This document shows positions 35,573-44,557 of a stretch of 64,000 bases of DNA, piece after piece (the first letter of the stretch is position 1; every line of letters starts with the position of its first letter). Where the stretch lies: NCBI GenBank assembly GCA_945907755.1, contig CAMDTN010000002.1, positions 55 through 64,054 of the forward strand. Direction: 5' to 3'. The DNA is from Singulisphaera sp. GP187. GTDB lineage: Bacteria; Planctomycetota; GCA-002687715. The position numbers were made by a program, and so were the translations under genes. Under the pieces are notes generated by a model. It made no database searches, had not been told where the DNA came from, and saw only the letters and a program-made list of their open reading frames with translations.

Positions 35573-37671
35573 AAACCGCTGTCCGCGTCCACGGAGGCTT
35601 CTCCGCGCCGCAGGACTTCACGGCGACCGGCGGCATCCGGCGCACTGACGAAGCCACCTCGTTCGAGGTGCTCGACGATGCGGCTGGCTGCCGACCAGGA
35701 GAGCTCCAATTTCCGCTGCAACATCAGTTCAGAGCAGCGTTGCTCGGCAACGACCAACTGCTCGGCGCGGCGCATGAGATCGGCCTCGGGTTCCTGGCTG
35801 GCTGCGAAGAGGAAGGCTTGCCCTGTGGCGTCCGGCGAATCGGATTTCGCAGTGCGGCGGCCTTTGGCGGAGCCCTCTTCCCAGCTTGCCCAGGCAGTTC
35901 CGTGGCGACCCTTGCGAGCACCCTTCTGCTTGGCGGCGGGTTGGGAGGCTACCGCGCTCTCGCTGGCTTCCAAAGTAGCGGGCGCCAAGTGCGCAGGGAG
36001 TACGGTCGGAACAACGAGAACTTCGGGGCCGCCACGCAAGAGCGTAAAGGCGGGGCGCGAGGATTCTGCCTCGGGTGAGAGCCCTTCGTGGAGCGCTGGG
36101 GATGCGGTGAAGAGCTGGGTCAGCGCCGCAGGGGTTTCGGTTGCGGCTGTGAACAGAGGCGCTTCTTCTGTCACTGCGGCCTCGGCTTCGTGAATTGTTG
36201 CAAGCGCCGACTCTGTCCTTGACAGTTCGAATTCATCGCTGCTGCATTCCTCTACTGGGGCGCTCACGGCCATGGGCTTCGGCATCCATTCATCGTCTGT
36301 TGCCAGCGGAGCCGCGAGGGCCATCAGGGCTGGATGCAACAACAGCACGCCTTCATCGGAGTGCGCGACAGCCGCGGTCTTAGGTGCTGCGGTAATGGGT
36401 GCGTCGACAGCAGACAGGGTTGCGTGCGCTTCGGCGGCAGCAACGCTGAACTCGTCTTCAGCGACGACGGTTGCGCGCATGGGTGTCACGGCATGGAACG
36501 CAACTTGCGGCGCCGTTTCAATTTCGGCATCAAGGTCGTCCTCGATGGTGTAATCCCCCGCGCTGTCCTCTGCCAAGAGGTCGTCCTCCTCCAACTCTTC
36601 AACCAGAGCGGCTTCTGTCACCGCAACTTCGCTGGATTCGACGGGCTCTGGCTCCTCTTCGACGCTGTTGGGCAGCGCTTCGCCTTCCAGCGGATTGAGA
36701 TCGCTGATGTCATCAAGATCGGTCGCGGGTTCCTCGGCGATGCCGACGCCGAAGGCGTCTCTAACACCAACTTCGAAGGCGTCTCTAACACCAACTTCGA
36801 AGGCGTCGCTGACACCAGCGCCGAAGGCGTCGATTTCATGAGCGCTCGGCGCTGGTGTTACGACGGCGGCTGGGCTGATCGCGGCGGCCGTTCGCGCTGC
36901 TGGCGGCGTCGTGTTTTCCATTGCAGCGGATGCACCAGCTAGCCACGGAGGCACAACCGTGTCGTCGCACTCGGTGCTGGCCACTTCCGCCCTCACCGGT
37001 GCGTTGGCTGCGATTTCTGCTGCGCGGATCATGCTCTCGGTGTCGCCAAGTGTGTCGAACAAAGTGGATTGGCGGGGTTTGGCCTTGGAGCTTCTCACCG
37101 GTTCAGCCGTGGTCACTTCTTCCAACAAGGCGGTTGCCTGCATGGGCTGCATCGGCATGACGGAAGGCACTGAGATGGCGATGCCAGCAAGGGCAGTATG
37201 CGCCATCTGCGGCGTTAGTTCTGTGCCGAACGCGATGCGCCAAGCGAGCCAAGCGCTGACCACCAGCAACAGCACCGACAGCCCTGCAGCCAGAGTGTCG
37301 GGGAGGAACGCGACCATGGAACCAAGGTTTGCCCCGGCGAGGCCGCCCCAACTGACGCGCAGGTTGGCCGGCTGCAACACACCAAACAACATGGCGGTGG
37401 GCAGGCCGACTAGCGCGAGCGCCAAGATCTTTCGGAAGGGGAAGGCAATGTCACCGTGCAGGAACCAGATGCCGGCCACGACGCACATGCCGAGCAACAC
37501 GGCACCGGTGGCAAACGGTCCCAGCAGCGAGGCGATCAGCCGTGTCATGGGCTGCTGGCCCGATTCCTGGATGACGCGCACGATGGCGGTCACCGACACG
37601 AACAACAGCCCCACGGGCAACACTTTCGACGCCAGCAGGTTTCCTGCAGCTTCAGGCTTGCGCATACGCAC
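35569..37671 (-). CDS. FtsK-like protein with N-terminal FtsK_4TM membrane domain and C-terminal FtsK gamma (KOPS-binding winged-helix) domain, but no motor domain
   Basis: C-terminus LMRRAEQLVVAEQRCSELMLQRKLELSWSAASRIVEHLERGGFVSAPDAAGRREVL aligns with the FtsK gamma consensus (...[30 protein letters not shown]...GNREVL). N-terminus has 4-5 TM helices. Central acidic A/E/T-rich linker with tandem repeats. No Walker A/B. Confidence 0.5.
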   Translation of the reverse strand: MRMRKPEAAGNLLASKVLPVGLLFVSVTAIVRVIQESGQQPMTRLIASLLGPFATGAVLLGMCVVAGIWFLHGDIAFPFRKILALALVGLPTAMLFGVLQPANLRVSWGGLAGANLGSMVAFLPDTLAAGLSVLLLVVSAWLAWRIAFGTELTPQMAHTALAGIAISVPSVMPMQPMQATALLEEVTTAEPVRSSKAKPRQSTLFDTLGDTESMIRAAEIAANAPVRAEVASTECDDTVVPPWLAGASAAMENTTPPAARTAAAISPAAVVTPAPSAHEIDAFGAGVSDAFEVGVRDAFEVGVRDAFGVGIAEEPATDLDDISDLNPLEGEALPNSVEEEPEPVESSEVAVTEAALVEELEEDDLLAEDSAGDYTIEDDLDAEIETAPQVAFHAVTPMRATVVAEDEFSVAAAEAHATLSAVDAPITAAPKTAAVAHSDEGVLLLHPALMALAAPLATDDEWMPKPMAVSAPVEECSSDEFELSRTESALATIHEAEAAVTEEAPLFTAATETPAALTQLFTASPALHEGLSPEAESSRPAFTLLRGGPEVLVVPTVLPAHLAPATLEASESAVASQPAAKQKGARKGRHGTAWASWEEGSAKGRRTAKSDSPDATGQAFLFAASQEPEADLMRRAEQLVVAEQRCSELMLQRKLELSWSAASRIVEHLERGGFVSAPDAAGRREVLRRGEASVDADSGF
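36751..36834. repeat. 24-nt in-frame tandem repeat (about 3.5 copies) within the FtsK-like linker
   Basis: GAAGGCGTCTCTAACACCAACTTC repeated perfectly twice, then degenerate copies. Encodes DAFEVGVR repeats. Confidence 0.7.
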
Positions 37672-37707
37672 CTCCCACGACCGCTTGCGGTCGTCCAGGC
37701 CCTTGCA

Positions 37708-40146
37708 TCAACCCGAAACGCTGCGCGAGTTGCGCCCGGCAGCGTTGCGGATCTCTTCGTAATTCTCAGGTGTCAGCAGGATCTCGCGTGGTTTCGCTCC
37801 ACGCGCCGGCCCCACATAACCCGCTTGTTCCAACAACTCGATCATGCGGCGCGCACGGGCATAGCCCATGCTGCAACGCGTTTGAATCATCGAGGCACTG
37901 GCTTGGCCAGAGCTCATGACAGCGTCGAGGGCGCTCATGAAGCCCTCGTCTTGCTGCGCTTCCAGCGCACCATTTGGTGCCGCTGCCACTTGCTCCACCG
38001 CAGAGGTGTAATTCGGCGCCGCGTGCTTGCGCAGGTAGCCGACAACATCTTCAACTTCTTCGTCGCTGACAAAGGGTGTTTGGAAACGGCGGATGCCTTC
38101 GGCGGTGGCGGATCCGTACAACATGTCGCCGCGGTCCAACAGCGTTTCGGCGCCGATGCTGTCAAGAATGGTGCGGCTGTCGATGCCGGTCTTGGTTTGG
38201 AATGCAGCGCGTGCGGGCAGGTTGCTGCGGATAAGTCCAGTGACCACATCCACGCTGGGGCGTTGCGTGGCTACCACTAAGTGCATGCCCACGGCGCGAG
38301 CTTTTTGCGCAATGCGGCAGATGGCGCTTTCCACTTCCTTGCCTGTGGCCTGCATGAGGTCCGCCAATTCGTCCACGATGATGACGAGATAGGGCAGGCG
38401 TTCGGGAATGCGCGCCATGTCTTCGCTGGAGAAGCGCGCGGTGAGGAATTCGGTGCGCGCCTTCTTGGTGAGCTCGTTGTAGCCCTCGATCTTGCGCACC
38501 TTGCAGGCTTCGAGGATGTCGTAGCGCTGTTCCATCTGCACCACGAGCCATTCCAAAACCTTGGTGGCCTTTTTCGGGTCTGTAGCTACGGGCACGAACA
38601 AGTGCGGGATGTCGTGGTATGGCGCGAGCTCAACCTTCTTTGGGTCCACCATTACGAGGCGCACTTCTTCGGGGTAGCGCGTCATCAGAATCGACAACAC
38701 GAGATTGTTGATGAACACCGACTTGCCGGCGCCGGTGCGGCCACCGATGAGCAAGTGCGGCATGGTGGTGATGTCTTCCACGCAGGGGTTGCCGCTGGCA
38801 TCTTTGCCCAAATAAATCGGGATGCGCGGTTTGCGCTTCGACGTGTCCACCGCCTCCATCACTTCGCGCAGGCACACCATGGCGCGATTCTTGTTGGGGA
38901 TTTCGATGCCCAGCACCTTGCGATCTTGCACCGGCGCAATGCGCACTTTCAGCACGCCCATCGCCATGGCCACATCGTCGGAAACCGAAACCACTTGCGC
39001 GATGCGCGTGCCGGGTTTCACTTTGGCGTCGAAGCGTGTCACCACTGGGCCGCGCACAATTTCTGTGATTTGCGCTTCGATGCGGAAGTTGGCCAGCGCT
39101 TGTTCCAGCGCGCTGGCTTTGTCGCGCAGTTCTTCGTCGGTTTCCGTACCACCCACGTTCTTGTGAGCTCTGAGCAGAGTGATTGGAGGCAGCGCGTAGG
39201 GCTCGCGGCCGGTACGCTCCGAATTGAGACGAATGACTTCGATGCTTTCGCCGCGGCGTGGCGTCGTCGCTGTGGTGTTGCGCACAGGGACGGGGCCAGT
39301 GCGTGTTGGGAGCGGCTCGTCATCCTCTTCGATGACGGCGTCTTCATCGACGACGGCGCTTGTTGCAGTGGCGGCTTCGTCCGGCGTGCTGCGCTTGCGC
39401 TTCTTAGCAACGGTTGCGGTTTCCTCGTCGTCAGCGACGTCCGCTTCGTCCTCATCCAGCTCAGCGGTGGCGCATGTGCCTGCCGTGGTTGCGAGAGCCG
39501 GTGCTGCGTCTGGGCGGCGGAATCGCAGCAGCAGTGCGTTGAACGGTTTGGCGCAGACTTCGAGAAAGCGTGAGATCGGGCCCTGCGGCGCCTTCTTCGT
39601 TTTCTTGTTGCCCTTGGCAGTCAGCAGCGCAAGGGCGCCATCGGCGGCCATCAGCACGCCGGCACCAAGTGCAAGGCCGAGGAATACGAAGCTCCAGCCG
39701 CGGCCCATGAGCGAACTCAACAACGCAAAGCCTGTGTCGCCAAGCACGCCGCCGAGGGGCACATTGCCGCCTGGGAAGGCGTGATGTTGCAGCAGTCCTT
39801 GCCACACCGCGCCGAAAGCAAACATGGCCAAGAACAGGCCCAACATGCGTAGAGGTTTCTGCGCAGACACGCCAGTCTTCAGCAATTCGAAGCCGCTGAG
39901 CATGGCGTGGAAGCAGAGCAGATACGCGCCGACGCCGAAGCCTTCGACGAACACGAAACCAATCCAGCGCCCGAAGACGCCACCGATGTTGCTGATGCGC
40001 GATACCGCGCCCACGCCTTCGAGGGGGTCGTAGGACGCGAAGGCGAGAGCAAGGTAGACCGCTAGCCCAAAGCAGAGCCACGCGATGCCTCGCAGCAAAA
40101 TCCCCATCGTTCCTCCCCAGGAACAGCGGCCCGCCGGCCGCAACAC
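37708..40146 (-). CDS. ftsK: DNA translocase FtsK (full length: 4TM, linker, motor, gamma)
   Basis: Walker A GGRTGAGKS, motor-domain motifs (VDPKKVEL, VIIVDELADLM), and C-terminal gamma domain MIQTRCSMGYARARRMIELLEQAGYVGPARGAKPREIL. Confidence 0.8.
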   Translation of the reverse strand: MLRPAGRCSWGGTMGILLRGIAWLCFGLAVYLALAFASYDPLEGVGAVSRISNIGGVFGRWIGFVFVEGFGVGAYLLCFHAMLSGFELLKTGVSAQKPLRMLGLFLAMFAFGAVWQGLLQHHAFPGGNVPLGGVLGDTGFALLSSLMGRGWSFVFLGLALGAGVLMAADGALALLTAKGNKKTKKAPQGPISRFLEVCAKPFNALLLRFRRPDAAPALATTAGTCATAELDEDEADVADDEETATVAKKRKRSTPDEAATATSAVVDEDAVIEEDDEPLPTRTGPVPVRNTTATTPRRGESIEVIRLNSERTGREPYALPPITLLRAHKNVGGTETDEELRDKASALEQALANFRIEAQITEIVRGPVVTRFDAKVKPGTRIAQVVSVSDDVAMAMGVLKVRIAPVQDRKVLGIEIPNKNRAMVCLREVMEAVDTSKRKPRIPIYLGKDASGNPCVEDITTMPHLLIGGRTGAGKSVFINNLVLSILMTRYPEEVRLVMVDPKKVELAPYHDIPHLFVPVATDPKKATKVLEWLVVQMEQRYDILEACKVRKIEGYNELTKKARTEFLTARFSSEDMARIPERLPYLVIIVDELADLMQATGKEVESAICRIAQKARAVGMHLVVATQRPSVDVVTGLIRSNLPARAAFQTKTGIDSRTILDSIGAETLLDRGDMLYGSATAEGIRRFQTPFVSDEEVEDVVGYLRKHAAPNYTSAVEQVAAAPNGALEAQQDEGFMSALDAVMSSGQASASMIQTRCSMGYARARRMIELLEQAGYVGPARGAKPREILLTPENYEEIRNAAGRNSRSVSG

Positions 40147-40159
40147 TCACGAGTTTGGT

Positions 40160-40651
40160 TCAGCCGCCTGCCGATTCCATCCTCACGCCCGAATGTCCGA
40201 AACCTTGCACGCCACGGGCGCTGGTCGGCAAGTTGTCGACTTCAACGAAGTTCGCCCGTGCGACCGGGCAGATGACCAATTGTGCGATGCGATCGCCGCG
40301 GCGAATGGTGCAGGGCTTCATGGTGACGCAGGTCACCAGCACGTTCAGCTCTCCGCGATAATCGCTGTCGATGGTGCCTGGTGCGTTCACCAACGTGAGT
40401 CCCGCGCGCAGTGCCAAACCGCTGCGTGGACGCACTTGCCCTTCGAAGTTGTTGGGAATGCACAGCATGATTCCCGTGGGAATCATTTTCACTTCGCCCA
40501 TGCGCACGACGACAGGCTCTGTCACTGCAGCATGAACGTCGGCACCTGCGCTGCCTTCGGTGGCGTACACAGGCAGTGGAATATCTTCCGCGCCAACTAC
40601 GCGAGTGAGCTGAACCGCAACGCCGCCTTTGCACACGTTCTGTTGCATCAC
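40160..40651 (-). CDS. dut: dUTP diphosphatase
   Basis: dUTPase motifs YATEGSAGADV, GLTLVNAPGTIDSDYRGEL, and RGDRIAQLV. Confidence 0.8.
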   Translation of the reverse strand: MMQQNVCKGGVAVQLTRVVGAEDIPLPVYATEGSAGADVHAAVTEPVVVRMGEVKMIPTGIMLCIPNNFEGQVRPRSGLALRAGLTLVNAPGTIDSDYRGELNVLVTCVTMKPCTIRRGDRIAQLVICPVARANFVEVDNLPTSARGVQGFGHSGVRMESAGG

Positions 40652-41313
40652 TACTGCAAGCTCCCCGCAAGTTCACACCAGGCCACTAGCCGCCCGGCGA
40701 GTTCGCTCTTCGATAAATCGCCTAAATCCTCGGACGATCCGTCGGATTTGACGAACACTACTGATGCAGCCCGCTCACCGCCCAAGGATCCTGGACTGTT
40801 CAGCACCATCAGGTCGCAGCATTTCGCCTTCGCTTTGCGCACCGCTTCAGCAATTGCTTCAGCTCCGCGCAAGGTCTCGAGGGAAAAACCCACCACGACT
40901 TGCTGGCGGCGCATTCTACCCAAGTGCGCAAGGATGTCTGCGTTTTTCTCTAAGCGCAGAGTTGCGCCCAACTCTTCCTTCTTCAGCTTGTGCGCTGACG
41001 CATGCACAGGACGGACATCCGCCACTGCTGCGGCCATCACCAACACATCGGTTGCAGCAAAGCGCGCTTCCAATTCGTCGAGCATCTGCTGCGCGGTTTC
41101 CACGCGCACCACCATGACGCCAGCGGGCGCGCTCAAGTGAGAGGGGCCCAGCACCAAGGTGACGTGGTGGCCACGGGCCTGCGCGGTCTGCGCCAGCGTG
41201 ATGCCCATCTGGCCCGACGAGCGATTGCCAATGAAACGCACGGGGTCGATGGGTTCGTGAGTAGGCCCGGCGCTGATCAGGAAATGGAGCGGCTTAGCTG
41301 GTGGCAAAGCCAT
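40651..41313 (-). CDS. coaB: Phosphopantothenate--cysteine ligase (CoaB, DFP C-terminal domain) as a separate ORF
   Basis: LHFLISAGPTHEPIDPVRFIGNRSSGQMG is a typical CoaB motif. Different frame from upstream CoaC ORF, with about 17-nt overlap. Confidence 0.6.
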   Translation of the reverse strand: MALPPAKPLHFLISAGPTHEPIDPVRFIGNRSSGQMGITLAQTAQARGHHVTLVLGPSHLSAPAGVMVVRVETAQQMLDELEARFAATDVLVMAAAVADVRPVHASAHKLKKEELGATLRLEKNADILAHLGRMRRQQVVVGFSLETLRGAEAIAEAVRKAKAKCCDLMVLNSPGSLGGERAASVVFVKSDGSSEDLGDLSKSELAGRLVAWCELAGSLQ

Positions 41314-41326
41314 GGCGCGCAACAGC

Positions 41327-41875
41327 TTAGTGAGCCTTTGCCAGAGCGGCGTCAATGCCCGCCAAGATGCAGTCCACACTGGCCAAACGCCCGGGGCCTT
41401 CTTCGCCGCAGCCCAATTCGCCGCGCTCGGGGCCGATGCGCTGCCAGCCGGCGGCTTCCAGAACGGCGGCGTTGCGCTGGGTGAATGGGTGGTCCCACAT
41501 GCGCCAGTTCATGGCGGGGCAGAAAACACGCTGGCCAGAGAATGCCAGAGCTGCTGTGGAAGGCGCGTCGTTGGCCATGCCCGCAGCCAAGCGGGCAATG
41601 AAATCTGCGGTGGCTGGCGCGGCCACGAACACGCTGGCTTCGCGGGCCACCGTGAGGTGCTCGTAGGCATCGCCGCCGCCCGTGGCGAAGATGTCATGGA
41701 ACACAGGCGCGCCAGAAACCGCCTGGAACTGCAAGGGTGATATGAGTTGGGTGGCCGCCACCGTCATCATCACGCGCAGCGGCGTGCCACGCTTGCGCAG
41801 TTCTGACGCGACATCTAGCGCGCGGTGAATGGCCACGCTTGCGGAAACCGCCAGCAGCACCGCTCCGCGCGCCAT
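41327..41875 (-). CDS. coaC: Phosphopantothenoylcysteine decarboxylase (CoaC flavoprotein domain)
   Basis: Flavoprotein fold with motifs GAVLLAVSASVAIHRALDVASELRKRG and PAMNWRMW. Confidence 0.6.
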   Translation of the reverse strand: MARGAVLLAVSASVAIHRALDVASELRKRGTPLRVMMTVAATQLISPLQFQAVSGAPVFHDIFATGGGDAYEHLTVAREASVFVAAPATADFIARLAAGMANDAPSTAALAFSGQRVFCPAMNWRMWDHPFTQRNAAVLEAAGWQRIGPERGELGCGEEGPGRLASVDCILAGIDAALAKAH

Positions 41876-41881
41876 CGGATG

Positions 41882-42193
41882 TCAGGAGTCCTTGCGCAGG
41901 GCGTTGAGGATGAGTTCCTCGTCGGACAGCACCGGTGCAGCGCCACCCTGAGGGGTCATGCGCTCGACTTCTGTGCGCTGGCGGTCGCGGTTGCCGTCGT
42001 TGTCAGGCACCAGTTCGATGCGTCCAGCGCCCATTTCCACCAGTACCAATTCGATGGGGTTCTTGGGGGCTTCTTCCACAAGGCGCTTGGCTCCGCGGTT
42101 CAGTTCGCGCATACGCTTTTGCAGCAGCACTGTGGTGCGGAACACACCACCGACCTTGCCATATTGGCTCTCAAACCTTGCTGGGTTGATCAT
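41882..42193 (-). CDS. rpoZ: DNA-directed RNA polymerase subunit omega
   Basis: FRTTVLLQKRMRELNRGAKRLVE and ELVLVEMGAGRIELV resemble the omega core. Conserved gmk-rpoZ synteny. Confidence 0.55.
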   Translation of the reverse strand: MINPARFESQYGKVGGVFRTTVLLQKRMRELNRGAKRLVEEAPKNPIELVLVEMGAGRIELVPDNDGNRDRQRTEVERMTPQGGAAPVLSDEELILNALRKDS

Positions 42194-42226
42194 GTTGTCA
42201 TCCTTTTGGCAAAAGCCACCGCTGCT

Positions 42227-42793
42227 TCAAGGAGCGAGGCCCATGTGCCTCTTCACCGCGAGCACCGCATCTTCGAGCTTGTCGTTAACAACCACGGCAT
42301 CGTATTCCGCTGCTGCAGCCATGTCGCTGGCAGCTCGGGCGAGGCGTATGGCCGTTTGCGTTTCCGTCTCGGTTCCCCGCGCCACGAGGCGGTCTTTCAG
42401 GACAGTCAACGAGGGAGGGGCCACGAAGATACCAACAACCTGCATCCCGGACGAACGCACGCTGCGGAAGCCTTGGGGGTCTAAGTCCGCCACCAGCGTC
42501 TGCGGGGCGGGGCTGGCGCCTGCATTTGCTGCTGGGCCTTTGGGCTCCACCTCCGAGCGTGGGGTGCCGTACCAGCAGCCATAGTTGTCGGCGTATTCCA
42601 GCAGGCCGCCGCTGTCGCGCAGTGCGGCAAACTCCTTCTTGCTGAGAAACCAATACGACTTGCCGTGCACTTCGCCGGGCCGCGGGGCGCGGGTGGTGGC
42701 GGTGACCACGCGCCGCACGCGCGGGTCTTTCAGCACCTCCGCGAGGACGGTGGACTTGCCCGAACCAGAAGGCCCTGAGATGACGAACAACAT
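42227..42793 (-). CDS. gmk: Guanylate kinase
   Basis: P-loop ISGPSGSGKST, GMP-binding motifs TTRAPRPGEVHGKSYWF, and lid region. Confidence 0.8.
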   Translation of the reverse strand: MLFVISGPSGSGKSTVLAEVLKDPRVRRVVTATTRAPRPGEVHGKSYWFLSKKEFAALRDSGGLLEYADNYGCWYGTPRSEVEPKGPAANAGASPAPQTLVADLDPQGFRSVRSSGMQVVGIFVAPPSLTVLKDRLVARGTETETQTAIRLARAASDMAAAAEYDAVVVNDKLEDAVLAVKRHMGLAP

Positions 42794-42795
42794 GG

Positions 42796-43689
42796 CTACT
42801 CGAGGTTTTGGACCTGTTCCTTCATGCGCTCGAAACAGCACTTCAGCTCCACCACGAGGTGGGTGACGGCGGCATCAGGAGTCTTCGACCCCAGCGTGTT
42901 GGCTTCGCGCAACATTTCTTGCAAGAGGAAATCGAGGCGACGGCCCGCTTCGCCTGCTTGGGCCAAGAGTGTGGCGCACTGCTTGCAGTGTTCGCGCAGG
43001 CGGTCCAATTCTTCGGTGACATCACTGCGCTCTGCTGCGAAGACAACTTCCCGTGCCACTTCGCTTGGGTTAGGGCGCACCCCGGCGGCGAGGCCTTCGC
43101 TCAGGCCTTGCACGCGCGCGAGCAAGCGGTCGCGCGCCGCTTGCGGCACCAATGCACTGCGCGGTGCGATGTCGTCGATGTGGGCTTGCGCGAGATCGAG
43201 TTCGCGGCGCAGCACAGTGGTTAACGCGCTGCCTTCGCGCGCTCGTGAACGCACTAAGTCTTCCAGTGCGCGTTCCACGGCCTCTAATACTAGGGCAGCA
43301 GTTTCTGCATCGGGTTGGGCATCGTCTTCCGCGCTGCGCGATTTCATGACGCCCGGAAGATTGAGCAGCGGCAGCACGCCCTCGGCAGCAGCTTTGTCGG
43401 CGCAGCCAAGCACGGTGGCGCAGCGCAAGATTTCGTCGCGCCACGCCTGCAACACGGCGGCATCTAGTGATGGCCGCACTTCGGCTGCGGGATCACGCAG
43501 GATGATGTTCATACTGACAGCGCCGCGTCGCAGCAAAGTTTGCGCACGGGTTTCGATGCTGTTTTCGAGTCCCAACAATAGACGGGGCGCGCGCAGCGAG
43601 AATTTGAACCAGCGGTGGTTCACAGAGCGCACTTCCACATTTACGAGACGCTGCCCGCGTTCGGCACTGCCGGCGCCGAGGCCCGTCAT
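42796..43689 (-). CDS. yicC: YicC-family stress-induced protein
   Basis: MTGLGAGS...VEVRSVNHRWFKFSLRAPR is the characteristic YicC N-domain. Conserved yicC-gmk-rpoZ arrangement. Confidence 0.7.
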   Translation of the reverse strand: MTGLGAGSAERGQRLVNVEVRSVNHRWFKFSLRAPRLLLGLENSIETRAQTLLRRGAVSMNIILRDPAAEVRPSLDAAVLQAWRDEILRCATVLGCADKAAAEGVLPLLNLPGVMKSRSAEDDAQPDAETAALVLEAVERALEDLVRSRAREGSALTTVLRRELDLAQAHIDDIAPRSALVPQAARDRLLARVQGLSEGLAAGVRPNPSEVAREVVFAAERSDVTEELDRLREHCKQCATLLAQAGEAGRRLDFLLQEMLREANTLGSKTPDAAVTHLVVELKCCFERMKEQVQNLE

Positions 43690-43697
43690 GGAGCGTT

Positions 43698-44279
43698 TCA
43701 CGAGCGCGCCGCCACCCCGCCAGGGCGCGAGCCAGGCTTCACAGCCACACCGCCTTCGCGGCACAACGGGCATTCTTCCGGCTTCCACACCGGGGGGATG
43801 ATTTGCTCCAGCGCCACGTAGGGCACGCTGAAGGGGCTGTTCTCTGTGCGCTGTATGAGCGACATGACGCCGCAAGGAATGGCGCCCAGGTTTTCGACCA
43901 AGCGCAGCACTTCTTTCACCGAGCCCCCGGTGGTGACCACATCTTCGGCCACCAGCACGCGCGCGCCCACAGCAAGTTGGAAGCCGCGGCGCAGCGTGAA
44001 CGCGCCATTCTCGCGTTCGGCAAACAAGGCGGTGACGCCAAAGGCGCGGCCAAGTTCGTAGGCCAGAGTGATGCCGCCCATCGCGGGGCCGATAACCACG
44101 TCAGGTGCCGGGTGTTTCCAACGCGTTACAAGTTCGCGGCAGAGCTCTTCGCTGACCTTTGGGTGCGCCAGAACTTTGGCGCACTGCAGGTAGCGGCTGC
44201 TGTGCAAGCCGCTGCTGAGTTGGAAGTGTCCTTCCAACAAGGCCTCGTGGCGCCGGAAGGCATCAAGCACTGCGCTCAT
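43698..44279 (-). CDS. pyrE: Orotate phosphoribosyltransferase
   Basis: FQLSSGLHSSRYLQCAKVL and PRPP-binding VLVAEDVVTTGGS. Confidence 0.75.
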   Translation of the reverse strand: MSAVLDAFRRHEALLEGHFQLSSGLHSSRYLQCAKVLAHPKVSEELCRELVTRWKHPAPDVVIGPAMGGITLAYELGRAFGVTALFAERENGAFTLRRGFQLAVGARVLVAEDVVTTGGSVKEVLRLVENLGAIPCGVMSLIQRTENSPFSVPYVALEQIIPPVWKPEECPLCREGGVAVKPGSRPGGVAARS

Positions 44280-44284
44280 TGTTT

Positions 44285-44521
44285 TCAGGCGCCAGTGTTG
44301 CCGATGAGCGCGAGGGACAGTGCGGTCAGCATCAGCACGCCAGCCACCCAACCAGTGAACTTGTTGATGCCGCCCACCGAGTGGCCGAAGGCCTCGCCAC
44401 CAGCGCCGCCGAAGGCATTGCCGAGACCGCCGCCCTTGCCTTCTTGCAGCAGCACGATGGCGATGAGCAAGATCGACCCGAGCACGAACAGCACATTGAG
44501 GACGATTTCGAGGATATCCAT
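44285..44521 (-). CDS. secG: Preprotein translocase subunit SecG
   Basis: 78 aa with two TM helices. LLQEGKGGGLGNAFGG is the SecG signature. Confidence 0.75.
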   Translation of the reverse strand: MDILEIVLNVLFVLGSILLIAIVLLQEGKGGGLGNAFGGAGGEAFGHSVGGINKFTGWVAGVLMLTALSLALIGNTGA

Positions 44522-44557
44522 TTGCGACTCCGACCGCCGTAGCGGCCCTTGTTGTAC

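Noticed and set aside
37456-39573. Plus-strand ORFs 37456-38280 and 38281-39573 opposite ftsK
   Set aside because: Antisense of the FtsK motor domain. His/Arg-rich low-complexity translations.
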